Shown here piece after piece: positions 53,869 to 62,363 of a stretch of 64,000 bases of DNA. A model generated the notes under the pieces. That model worked only from the letters and a program-made list of their open reading frames with translations. It had not been told where the DNA came from and did not search any database. A program made the translations under genes and the position numbers. Positions within the stretch are counted from its first letter, which is position 1. Every line of letters starts with the position of its first letter. Origin of the DNA: Candidatus Parcubacteria bacterium (GTDB lineage: Bacteria > Patescibacteriota > Minisyncoccia > Minisyncoccales > JAGMAB01); assembly GCA_023131055.1 (NCBI GenBank), contig JAGMAB010000001.1, positions 1,486 to 65,485 on the forward strand, written 5' to 3'.

Positions 53869-55288
53869 ATTTGCAAAAACAATTTTAATAGTTTCCATTG
53901 CCATTTTTGGCGCGGGATTATTAGTGGTAGATTCTACTCAAGCTCAAGTTGTTGATGAGTTAGTTGTAGAATTTGAAAAAACACCTTTATTTGACGAGGC
54001 AGATTTTAAGCCGGGCGACAGTATTACCAGATGGGTAAAAGTAACCAATAACAGCGGTCAAACTCAACCAATTGCTACTGAAGCAATAAACTGGCCTGGT
54101 TTTCCTAATTCAAGCAATGTGCCAAATGATGATTTGTCCCGGGCTTTGTTAATCGTTATTAAAAAACAAGGAGGTTCTGATTTATACGGCGGTTCAAGTT
54201 CAACCGGTTCTAAATCTCTTTATAATTTTTATCAAGATAGTGATACATACCAAGAAATTTATCTATCTGAAGTTAATAATACACAAACAACTCAATATGA
54301 TTTTACGATTTCATTTCCATCAGAAAAAGAGAATGAATGGCAGGAAAAAACAACTGGTTTTGATATTATAATCGGTTTTCAAGGAACCGAAGGCGGTCCA
54401 ACACCTCCCAGTCCTCCTAGTCCGCCCGGTGGTGGTGGTGGTGGTGGTGGACTGCCACCAGGTCTAATTATTCAATATGAAAACACTGTTTGTGTCAGCA
54501 GCACTGATGCTATTATAACTTGGCTGACAAGTTATAACTCAACAAGCAGAGTGATTTATGACATTGAACCAGATAAATTTGTTTTATCCAGTTCCCCAAA
54601 TTATGGCTATGCTGATTCTACTGTTGAAGAAGATACTCCGGCTAATACCAGCGGAGTTACAGGCCATACAGTAGAAATTACCGGTCTTTCACCTAATACA
54701 GATTATTATTTTCGCTGTATTTCTCACGCTTCACCCCCAACAATCGGCACAGAACATAGTTTCACTACTTTAGCTATGGGAGAAAGAGATCCTTGTTGTG
54801 AAGGAACAACCGAAGAAGAAGGTCCTATTGCCCTTGGTGAGCAGGAAGAGGAGGAGGAAGAGGAAATTCTAATTCCTGAAATAATAGGCGAAGAAGAGGA
54901 GTTTCCTGCTTTTGGTGAGCAGGAAGAAGAGGAGGAAGAAATTCTCACTCCTGAAATAATAGGTGAAGAAGGTATTACTGAAGGAGAAGAGGAAATCACA
55001 GAAGAAGACACTTCACGCTTTTTAGCAGCAATTGTCAACTTTTTTACTTTGGAAAATTACTGTTGGCTCTTAACCCTTATTGGAATTATTTTGGCTTGTC
55101 TATTTGCCTTATCTAAAAATAAGAAGAAGTACTATTTGGGTTTAATTTTTGGTGTAATTGTATTAATTATTTTAGTTGTTTTATTAAAGTGTCTATTTTT
55201 AATAATTCCAATAGTTATATTAATTGTTTCTTTTCTTATCACATTATTAAAAAAGAAAAAACAAGCCCAAGAAACAAGTTGGAGTTAG
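53861..55288 (+). CDS. surface protein: TasA-fold-like N-domain, Pro/Gly linker, FN3-like domain, poly-Glu repeats, C-terminal TM anchor
   Basis: Signal peptide, FKPGDSITRWVKVTNNSG ... NEWQEKTTGFDIIIGFQG, PTPPSPPSPPGGGGGGG, FN3-like ITWLTSY..TDYYFRC, duplicated GEQEEEEEE..PEIIGEE, and three terminal TM helices. Confidence 0.6.
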   Translation: MNKFAKTILIVSIAIFGAGLLVVDSTQAQVVDELVVEFEKTPLFDEADFKPGDSITRWVKVTNNSGQTQPIATEAINWPGFPNSSNVPNDDLSRALLIVIKKQGGSDLYGGSSSTGSKSLYNFYQDSDTYQEIYLSEVNNTQTTQYDFTISFPSEKENEWQEKTTGFDIIIGFQGTEGGPTPPSPPSPPGGGGGGGGLPPGLIIQYENTVCVSSTDAIITWLTSYNSTSRVIYDIEPDKFVLSSSPNYGYADSTVEEDTPANTSGVTGHTVEITGLSPNTDYYFRCISHASPPTIGTEHSFTTLAMGERDPCCEGTTEEEGPIALGEQEEEEEEEILIPEIIGEEEEFPAFGEQEEEEEEILTPEIIGEEGITEGEEEITEEDTSRFLAAIVNFFTLENYCWLLTLIGIILACLFALSKNKKKYYLGLIFGVIVLIILVVLLKCLFLIIPIVILIVSFLITLLKKKKQAQETSWS

Positions 55289-55358
55289 AATAATTAACAA
55301 ATTATATAGGTGTTCTTAAAAACGGAAACATCCAACTATGACAGTATAGTAGTAAAAA

Positions 55359-55406
55359 CAGGGGATAATCCCCTGTTTTTTTGTTGAAATGCGAAATGAT
55401 TGAAAA
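55359..55406 (+). repeat. copy 2 of the 48-nt intergenic repeat (terminator hairpin + conserved 26-mer)
   Basis: CAGGGGATAATCCCCTGTTTTTTTGTTGAAATGCGAAATGATTGAAAA. Compare with 5027-5074. Confidence 0.85.
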
Positions 55407-55432
55407 CCAGTTAAAAAAGAAGTAAAATAAAA

Positions 55433-55684
55433 TTGATGTTAATTAAAGTTAAAGTTTTTCCAAATTCAAAAAAACAAGAAATAATCAAAAGGGCAAAAGA
55501 TAGTTTTGATGTTAAAGTTAAGGCAAAACCGATAAAAGGACAAGCGAATAGGGAAGTTATAAAAGCGCTTGCTTCTTTTCTTAAAATTCCGGAATCAAGA
55601 ATAAGAATGATTAAAGGATTTAAACAAAGAAACAAAGTTTTTGAAATTTTAAAAAGTGTTGACCTTGTGTTTCTGACAGGGTAA
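55433..55684 (+). CDS. YggU-like (DUF167) small protein
   Basis: MLIKVKVFPNSKKQEI...KAKPIKGQANREVIKALASFLKIP fits the YggU pattern. Confidence 0.7.
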   Translation: MMLIKVKVFPNSKKQEIIKRAKDSFDVKVKAKPIKGQANREVIKALASFLKIPESRIRMIKGFKQRNKVFEILKSVDLVFLTG

Positions 55685-55693
55685 AATTAATTA

Positions 55694-57118
55694 ATGTTAA
55701 AAAAACCTAAAAAAACAATTAAAAAGCGCAAAATAATTAAGAGGGTTAAAACAAAAGCAAAAGCAAGAGCAAAGAAGGAGACAGACAAGGTAAAAAAAAC
55801 CAAAATCAAAGTAATTGGCATTGGCGGCGGCGGAAATTCAATTGTCTCGGAAATTGCCTCGCGGATGAAAAAAGCGAATTTTGTTGTTGCCAACACTGAT
55901 ATTCAGGCGTTAAAATCATCAAGCAGGCGCGCCGCGCATTTTCAGTTTGGCTTAAATCTTACCCAAGGACTTGGAACCGGAATGAATACGGAATTAGGAA
56001 TGGCTGCTGCCCAGGATGAAAAAGACAGAATAAAAAAAATGTTGGAAAATCAGGATTTAGTAATTTTGGTTGTTTCTCTGGGAGGAGGAACAGGGTCTGG
56101 CGCGGCTCCTATATTCGCTAAAATCTGCAAAGACCTGGGCAATTTATGCTTAGGTATTTTTACTTTGCCTTTTGAATTTGAAGGAGAAAAGAAAATGGAA
56201 ATCGCTAAAAACAGTTTGGCAAAACTAAAGTATCAATTAAACGCTTTTTCAGTTATTCCCAATGAAAGAATTTTCAGAATTATTGATGAAAAAACTCCGC
56301 TAAAAATGGCTCTCTCGGCAATAAATAAAAGTTTAACCGAAAGTTTGGAAGGCCTGATTGAAACAATTTACGAACCCGGCCTAATCAATATTGACTTTGC
56401 CGACTTAAAAACAATTCTTAGCGGACAGGGAAAATTGGCTTATCTAAATACCATAGAAATCCAGAAAAAAAGAGACACTGCCAAAGAAGCGATTGAAAAA
56501 GTCCTGAATTCTCCGTTATATCCTTACAGCATTAAAGGAGCTAAAGGAATTTTATTAAACATATCAGGACCAAAAGACCTTGGACTTTTTGAAGTGAGCA
56601 AAATTTCAAAGACAATTTCCGACCTGTTAAATAAAGAAGCAAAAATTATTTTTGGAGTTTCTCATAATAAAAAAAATTCCAATGTTATTAAAACAACTTT
56701 GCTGGCTACCGGCATTCCTTCACAGCGTCTTTCATTAAAAAAGCCTGCTGTACAGAAGAAAGTATTGCCAAAGAAAACATTGCCCAAGAAAAAAAGAAAA
56801 AGAAAAGTTTCCAAGCCAAGCAAAATAACCAAACCAATTAAAAAAATAAAAAAAACCAAGCCAATTAAACCAATCAAGCCGGTTAAACCGGTTCAAACCC
56901 CAAAAAATCTTCTACCAAAAGTTATTGATGCTTCGGCAGGCTCAGCACCAATAATTTCAATTCATCCTGAAGAAAAACATTTGGAAGAAAAAAATTCTGA
57001 AAAAGTCAGAAAAAACGCTCTTCAAATAAAAAAGGAAGTGGAGGAAACCGAGAAAAAAATGAACGAACAGGAAAAAATCTGGGAAACTCCAACTTTCTTG
57101 CGAAGAAAACATGAGTAA
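55694..57118 (+). CDS. ftsZ: cell division protein FtsZ with basic N- and C-terminal extensions
   Basis: VIGIGGGGNSIV, GGGTGSGAAP and NIDFADLK motifs. ~35-aa K/R-rich N-terminus and ~130-aa K/P-rich C-terminal tail. Confidence 0.9.
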   Translation: MLKKPKKTIKKRKIIKRVKTKAKARAKKETDKVKKTKIKVIGIGGGGNSIVSEIASRMKKANFVVANTDIQALKSSSRRAAHFQFGLNLTQGLGTGMNTELGMAAAQDEKDRIKKMLENQDLVILVVSLGGGTGSGAAPIFAKICKDLGNLCLGIFTLPFEFEGEKKMEIAKNSLAKLKYQLNAFSVIPNERIFRIIDEKTPLKMALSAINKSLTESLEGLIETIYEPGLINIDFADLKTILSGQGKLAYLNTIEIQKKRDTAKEAIEKVLNSPLYPYSIKGAKGILLNISGPKDLGLFEVSKISKTISDLLNKEAKIIFGVSHNKKNSNVIKTTLLATGIPSQRLSLKKPAVQKKVLPKKTLPKKKRKRKVSKPSKITKPIKKIKKTKPIKPIKPVKPVQTPKNLLPKVIDASAGSAPIISIHPEEKHLEEKNSEKVRKNALQIKKEVEETEKKMNEQEKIWETPTFLRRKHE

Positions 57119-58046
57119 TATTATGTATGATTTAATTATTATTGGCGGCGGACCCACCGGAATTACCGCAGGAATTTACGCCGCGCGGCAAAATTTAAAA
57201 ACGCTTTTGATTGCTAAAAGTTTTGGAGGACAAATGACCCGTAAAGCAGTTGCTATTGAGAATTATCCCGGATTTGAGGAAATTTCCGGAATGGATTTAA
57301 TCCAAAAATTTGAAGAACACTTAAAAAAATATGAAATTACGATTGAAAGGGATTCAGTGATTGAATTAAGCAAAAACCAGGAGAATTTCCTTGTTATTAC
57401 AAAAGGAAAAAAGCAATTTCAGGCAAGCGCTGTTATCATTGCTTCCGGAGCCGACCCGCGTTCTTTGGGAGTTCCCGGAGAAAAAGAATTTGTCGGCAAA
57501 GGAATAAGCTTTTGCGTCCAATGCGACGGTCCTTTGTTTTTTGGCAAGAAAGTGGCAATAATCGGCGGCGGCAATGCCGGTTTTGAAGCCGCTTTATCTC
57601 TAAGTAAAATTGCGGAAAAAATTTATATTTTAGAATATGGCGCAAAAGCAATAGCGGATAAAACCATTCAGGAAAAAATTAAGAAAAAAGAAAACACGCA
57701 AGTGCTCACTTCCGCTGCGCTAAAAGAAATTAAAGGAAAAGAATTTGTGAGTTCAATTGTTTATCAAGACAGAAAAACCGAAAAAAACATTGAACTTGTT
57801 TTGGATGGCGTTTTTATTGAAATCGGCAGCAAACCCGCAACAAATTTTATCAAGGACTTGGTTGATTTTAATGAAAGAGGAGAAATTAAAATCAATCTAT
57901 CAAACTGCCAAACCAAAACAGAGGGTCTTTTCGCGGCCGGCGATGTTACTGAAATAAAAGCAAAGCAAATAGTCATTGCCGCGGGCGAAGGAGCCAAAGC
58001 CGCTATATCTGTTAATGATTACTTGCAGAGGAAAAATGAGGATTAA
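57111..58046 (+). CDS. trxB: thioredoxin-disulfide reductase
   Basis: IIIGGGPTGITAG, redox CVQCDG, IIGGGNAGFE and AAGDV motifs. Confidence 0.9.
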   Translation: MSNIMYDLIIIGGGPTGITAGIYAARQNLKTLLIAKSFGGQMTRKAVAIENYPGFEEISGMDLIQKFEEHLKKYEITIERDSVIELSKNQENFLVITKGKKQFQASAVIIASGADPRSLGVPGEKEFVGKGISFCVQCDGPLFFGKKVAIIGGGNAGFEAALSLSKIAEKIYILEYGAKAIADKTIQEKIKKKENTQVLTSAALKEIKGKEFVSSIVYQDRKTEKNIELVLDGVFIEIGSKPATNFIKDLVDFNERGEIKINLSNCQTKTEGLFAAGDVTEIKAKQIVIAAGEGAKAAISVNDYLQRKNED

Positions 58047-59304
58047 AAAAATTCAAGCCAGAGAAATTCTGGATTCAAGAGGAAATTTAACAATTGAAGC
58101 GGAACTATCTGCTGATTTTGGCAAGTTTTCTGCTTCGGTTCCATCCGGCGCCTCGGTTGGAAAATATGAAGCCAAAGAATTAAAATCTCATAAAGCGATA
58201 AAAAACATAGAAAAGATTATTGCTTTGCGATTAAAAGGAAAAAATGTAAGCACCCAGAAAGAAATAGATGATTTAATGATAAAGTTAGACGGCACTAAAA
58301 ATAAATCGCGATTAGGCGCTAATGCTATTTTAAGCGTATCCATAGCGTTCTGCCGCGCCAGCGCGGCAGCCAAAAATATCCCTTTATATCAGCGCATTGC
58401 TCAATTAGGGGAAAACAAGTCTCCTTTAACTTTGCCGCAGCCTTGTTTTAATATTATCAATGGAGGAGCTCATGCCGGAAATAATTTAGATTTTCAAGAA
58501 TTTATGATTGTTCCTCAAATTAAACCTTTTTCCAAAGCTTTACGAGCTGGTTGTGAAATTTATCAGGAATTGGCAAAAATTTTACAGAAAAAATACGGCA
58601 AATCAGCTATAAATGTTGGATTGGAAGGCGGATTTGCTCCGCCAATAAAATATCCGGAAGATGCCTTGAATCTAATTCAAAAAGCAATAAAACAAACCGG
58701 CTATAACGGCGAAGCCGATATATCCAGAGAAGCTGGCTATAAAAACAAAGTGAAAATTATTTTGGATGTTGCCGCTTCCCAGTTTTTTCAAAACAAAAAA
58801 TACAAAACAAATTTTGGCGTTTTCAATTCTAAACAATTATTAAAATATTATTTGTCTTTAATCAAAAAATATCCGATTATGGCAATTGAGGATCCTTTTG
58901 CTGAAAATGATTGGCAGGGTTTCAAAGAGCTGACGGAGAACAGTTCTCCGTTAGATAACGGAGAACTGTTCTCCGTAATTGGCGATGATTTAACTGTTAC
59001 AAATATCAAAAGAATTAAAAAAGCGGTTCAGGAAAAAGCGGTTCAGGGCATAATAATAAAACCAAATCAAATCGGAACAATTTCAGAAACAATAGAAGCA
59101 ATAAAATACGCCAAAAAAAATAATCTGAAAATTTTTGTCAAACATCGTTCAGGAGAAACCAATGACGATTTTATCGCTGATTTAGCAGTAGGAATAGGCG
59201 CTGATGGAATAATGGCAGGCGCGCCTGCCTGCGGCGAACGCGTGGCAAAATACAACCGCTTGCTGAAAATTGAACAAGAATTAAAAGAAGAAAAAAATGG
59301 CTAA
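58036..59304 (+). CDS. eno: enolase (phosphopyruvate hydratase)
   Basis: Start at ATG 58036 (MRIKKIQAREILDSRGNLTIE). GANAILSVS, IEDPF, GDDLTVTN, IKPNQIGT and SHRSGET-like motifs. Confidence 0.9.
   Translation: MRIKKIQAREILDSRGNLTIEAELSADFGKFSASVPSGASVGKYEAKELKSHKAIKNIEKIIALRLKGKNVSTQKEIDDLMIKLDGTKNKSRLGANAILSVSIAFCRASAAAKNIPLYQRIAQLGENKSPLTLPQPCFNIINGGAHAGNNLDFQEFMIVPQIKPFSKALRAGCEIYQELAKILQKKYGKSAINVGLEGGFAPPIKYPEDALNLIQKAIKQTGYNGEADISREAGYKNKVKIILDVAASQFFQNKKYKTNFGVFNSKQLLKYYLSLIKKYPIMAIEDPFAENDWQGFKELTENSSPLDNGELFSVIGDDLTVTNIKRIKKAVQEKAVQGIIIKPNQIGTISETIEAIKYAKKNNLKIFVKHRSGETNDDFIADLAVGIGADGIMAGAPACGERVAKYNRLLKIEQELKEEKNG
58933..58976. repeat. 44-nt perfect inverted repeat (two 19-nt palindromes) inside eno
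   Basis: ACGGAGAACAGTTCTCCGT-TAGATA-ACGGAGAACTGTTCTCCGT. Encodes part of [17 protein letters not shown]. Related copy in cysS. Confidence 0.9.
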
Positions 59305-59974
59305 ATTAATTTTATTAAGACATCTCAAATCGCAATGGAATTTGGAAAACAGATTTTCCGGCTGGGTTGATGTTCCTTTATGTAAAGAAGGAATTAAAAA
59401 AGCCAAAGAAATTTCCAAAAAAGTATTTAAAAATAAAATTGACATTGCTTATTCTTCCCCCTTGCTTAGAAACCAAAACACATTGGTAAGAATTTTGGAT
59501 TATGTTGCTCGCAAATACCCGATTTTTATCCATCTTGACAAAGGAAAAATGAAAAAATACGGGAATTTCACGGAAATACACAAAAACTATTTGCCCGTAT
59601 ATATTTCTGAAAATTTAAATGAAAGATATTATGGAAAACTGCAGGGATTAAACAAGCAAGAAATTATTAAAAAATACGGGCTAAAAAAAGTTCATCTTTG
59701 GAGAAGGGGATTTGAGCAAACTCCTCCGGGCGGCGAAAGCTTAAAAGACACATATAAAAGAGCAGTGCCATTTTTTCGCAGATATATTGAAAAAGATTTA
59801 AAAAAAGGAAAAAATGTTTTAATAGTAGCCAGCCATAATAGTTTGCGCGCAATAGTTAAATATATTGAAAAAATATCTGACAAAGACATTGCTGAGCTTG
59901 AAATACCTTTTGCCGGAATAATAAATTATAAATTTCATAAATCATTAAAATTAAAAAACAAAAACATACTTTAA
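59297..59974 (+). CDS. gpmA: 2,3-bisphosphoglycerate-dependent phosphoglycerate mutase family protein
   Basis: LLRHLKSQWNLENRFSGWVDVPL (RHG-type motif variant) and IVASHNSLRA. Confidence 0.8.
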   Translation: MAKLILLRHLKSQWNLENRFSGWVDVPLCKEGIKKAKEISKKVFKNKIDIAYSSPLLRNQNTLVRILDYVARKYPIFIHLDKGKMKKYGNFTEIHKNYLPVYISENLNERYYGKLQGLNKQEIIKKYGLKKVHLWRRGFEQTPPGGESLKDTYKRAVPFFRRYIEKDLKKGKNVLIVASHNSLRAIVKYIEKISDKDIAELEIPFAGIINYKFHKSLKLKNKNIL

Positions 59975-60033
59975 AATAAATGCCCAAAATTCTAAAGGTC
60001 GTTTGAAAATTCAAAAAGTGCGGGATAAAATTT

Positions 60034-60300
60034 ATGAAGGTCTTAAAAATCGGAGCAAAATGGTGTCCGGGATGCAAAATAATGACGCCAAGATGGCAGG
60101 AAATTGAAAAAGAAAACCCTTGGCTGAAAACCGAATACATTGGAGTGGACGAGCATCCGGAAATGATAAACAAATATCATATTACAAATATGCCGGCTTT
60201 TCTTTTTTTAGACAAAGAGGAAAAAGAAATTACAAGATTTTCCGGAGAAGTAGAAAAAGAAATTTTGGTCAAATGTATTTTAGAAAATAAAGATAAATAA
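60034..60300 (+). CDS. small thioredoxin-like protein
   Basis: 88 aa with the WCPGCK active-site motif. Confidence 0.7.
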   Translation: MKVLKIGAKWCPGCKIMTPRWQEIEKENPWLKTEYIGVDEHPEMINKYHITNMPAFLFLDKEEKEITRFSGEVEKEILVKCILENKDK

Positions 60301-60335
60301 TTGCCAAGTTTTTTATTTTGTGATAGCATAAAATT

Positions 60336-61004
60336 ATGTTTAATATGTTTACAAAATCTATCAAAATTTTAGCGTTAATTGCTTTCCTTGTGGCTGCGGG
60401 CGTAATATCTATCGGGATTTTTTCCAATCTTGATAAAATCAAAACTCTCTCTTCTCAACAAGATAAAGAGCAAGATTCAAACGCGCAAAAAATAGCTGAA
60501 AAAGCAATAGATTATATTAATGAAAATATGCTGAAGGGAACAACCGCTTCCTTAATAAGCGTTGTTGAAGAAACCGGATTGTATACATTCCAATTAAAAA
60601 TAGGGGATAATGAATTTACTTCTTATGTAACTTCAGACGGAAAATTTTTATTTCCAGACCCGCCTGTTGATTTAGAACAAAAAATTTCTAAAGAAGAGCC
60701 GGAACAACCTGAAGAAAAAGAATATTCTTTAAAAACATTAGAGAATTTGGCTAAGTGTTTAACTGAAAAGGGGGCAAAGTTTTATGGCTCTTCCGGATGC
60801 GGTTGGTGTAATCGCCAGAAGACCCTTTTTGGAGAAGCGTCTCAATATCTGCCCTATGTTGAATGCGCGGATGAAAAGACAAAGCATCTCTGCGAAGAAG
60901 CAGAAATTGGACCAATCCCTACTTGGGATTTCCCAGACGGGCAAAGAGTAGAGGGATTTCAATCCATTGAAAAATTAGCCGAGTTATCCGGCTGCTCTCT
61001 ATGA
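60336..61004 (+). CDS. membrane-anchored extracytoplasmic thioredoxin-fold protein
   Basis: N-terminal TM. C-terminal region GCGWCNRQK (CxxC) with further Cys residues. Confidence 0.5.
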   Translation: MFNMFTKSIKILALIAFLVAAGVISIGIFSNLDKIKTLSSQQDKEQDSNAQKIAEKAIDYINENMLKGTTASLISVVEETGLYTFQLKIGDNEFTSYVTSDGKFLFPDPPVDLEQKISKEEPEQPEEKEYSLKTLENLAKCLTEKGAKFYGSSGCGWCNRQKTLFGEASQYLPYVECADEKTKHLCEEAEIGPIPTWDFPDGQRVEGFQSIEKLAELSGCSL

Positions 61005-61234
61005 TTAAAATTTATTTAACTCCTACCTGCCCTTATTGTTCTACTCTTAAAGGATTTTTGAAAGAGCGTAATATAGATTTTCAAGAAATTGATGTCTCTC
61101 AAAATGAAAAAGACAGAGATGAAATGATTGCAAAATCGCATCAAATGGAAGTGCCGGTAGTGGAAATTGACAACGAGATTGTAGTAAGCTTTGACAGAGA
61201 AAAAATCTGTAAATTACTTAATATCAAAGATTAA
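61001..61234 (+). CDS. glutaredoxin/NrdH-like redoxin
   Basis: 77 aa, MIKIYLTPTCPYCSTLKGFL (CPYC motif). Confidence 0.75.
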   Translation: MIKIYLTPTCPYCSTLKGFLKERNIDFQEIDVSQNEKDRDEMIAKSHQMEVPVVEIDNEIVVSFDREKICKLLNIKD

Positions 61235-61236
61235 AG

Positions 61237-62247
61237 ATGATAAAAATTGCTATAAACGGATTTGGGAGAATTGGGAGAGCAACATTTAAAAGGATTCTTG
61301 ACAAGCATCCTGATTTAGAAATTGCGGCGATTAATGATTTAACAGACCCGAAAACATTGGCGCATCTGTTAAAATATGATTCTTTGTATGGAATTTATAA
61401 CAAAACGATTCAATCTACCGAGAACTCGCTTATTGTAGCTGATAAAGAAATTAGAATTTTTGCCGAGAAAGACCCGATTAATCTGCCCTGGAAAAAAATG
61501 GGAATTGACATTGTTTTGGAATGCACCGGCATTTTCAGGGATTATGAAGGCGCAAAAAAACATCTAAAAGCCGGGGCAAAAAAAGTAGTAATTTCCGCTC
61601 CGTCCAAAACACCTGAAAAAATTCCGTCTTTTATCTTGGGAGTAAATGAAGAAAAATTTGACGCTAAAAAAGACGAAATTATGGATATGGGTTCCTGCAC
61701 TACTAATTGTTTGGCGCCGGTGGTCAAAATTCTTCAGGACAATTTCAAAATTATTCAGGGGTTTATGACCACTATTCATAGTTATACTAATGACCAAAAA
61801 ATTTTAGACCTGCCGCACAAGGATTTGCGTCGGGCAAGAGCAGCCGGTATAAATATCATTCCAACCACTACAGGAGCCACAAAAGCAATCGGAAAAGTAA
61901 TGCCGGAACTTGAAGGAAAGTTAAACGGCATAGCAATGAGAGTGCCCCTGCCTGTTGTTTCAGTTATAGATTTAATTTGCCAAACAGAAAAGAAAACATC
62001 TATTGAAGAAGTAAATTATATTTTCAAAAAAGAATCTCAAACAGACAAATTAAAAGGAATTTTTGGAATTGAAGACGCGCCTTTGGTTTCTTCGGACTAC
62101 AAAGGAAATTCTTTTTCCGCAATTGTTGACGCCGGGTTAACAATGGCGCAAGATAATCTGGTAAAAGTTGTCGCTTGGTATGACAATGAATACGGCTACG
62201 CGTGCCGCTTGGCAGAATTCGCCGAATTTGTCGGCAAAAGAATTTAA
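61237..62247 (+). CDS. gap: glyceraldehyde-3-phosphate dehydrogenase
   Basis: INGFGRIGR, SCTTNCLAP and WYDNEYGY motifs. Confidence 0.95.
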   Translation: MIKIAINGFGRIGRATFKRILDKHPDLEIAAINDLTDPKTLAHLLKYDSLYGIYNKTIQSTENSLIVADKEIRIFAEKDPINLPWKKMGIDIVLECTGIFRDYEGAKKHLKAGAKKVVISAPSKTPEKIPSFILGVNEEKFDAKKDEIMDMGSCTTNCLAPVVKILQDNFKIIQGFMTTIHSYTNDQKILDLPHKDLRRARAAGINIIPTTTGATKAIGKVMPELEGKLNGIAMRVPLPVVSVIDLICQTEKKTSIEEVNYIFKKESQTDKLKGIFGIEDAPLVSSDYKGNSFSAIVDAGLTMAQDNLVKVVAWYDNEYGYACRLAEFAEFVGKRI

Positions 62248-62307
62248 GAACCTGCCTCGCTTTGCTCGGCAGAACCTTGCTGCCTTTGGCAGTAAACATT
62301 AAACATT

Positions 62308-62328
62308 GCCGCTAACAAGCGGCTTTTT
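62308..62328 (+). terminator. intrinsic terminator after gap
   Basis: GCCGCT-AACA-AGCGGC followed by TTTTT. Confidence 0.6.
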
Positions 62329-62363
62329 AATTTGTCTAAATTTTGGTAAGATAAAGATACAAT

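Noticed and set aside
43271-55406. Prophage or integrative element explanation for the island
   Set aside because: There are no integrase, recombinase, capsid, terminase or conjugation genes, and I could not find flanking direct repeats. Only compositional and promoter peculiarities support foreign origin.
57976-58035. Long N-terminal extension of enolase (ORF-track start 57976)
   Set aside because: The extension overlaps the end of trxB in another frame. The canonical enolase N-terminus (MRIKKIQAREILDSRG) begins at ATG 58036.
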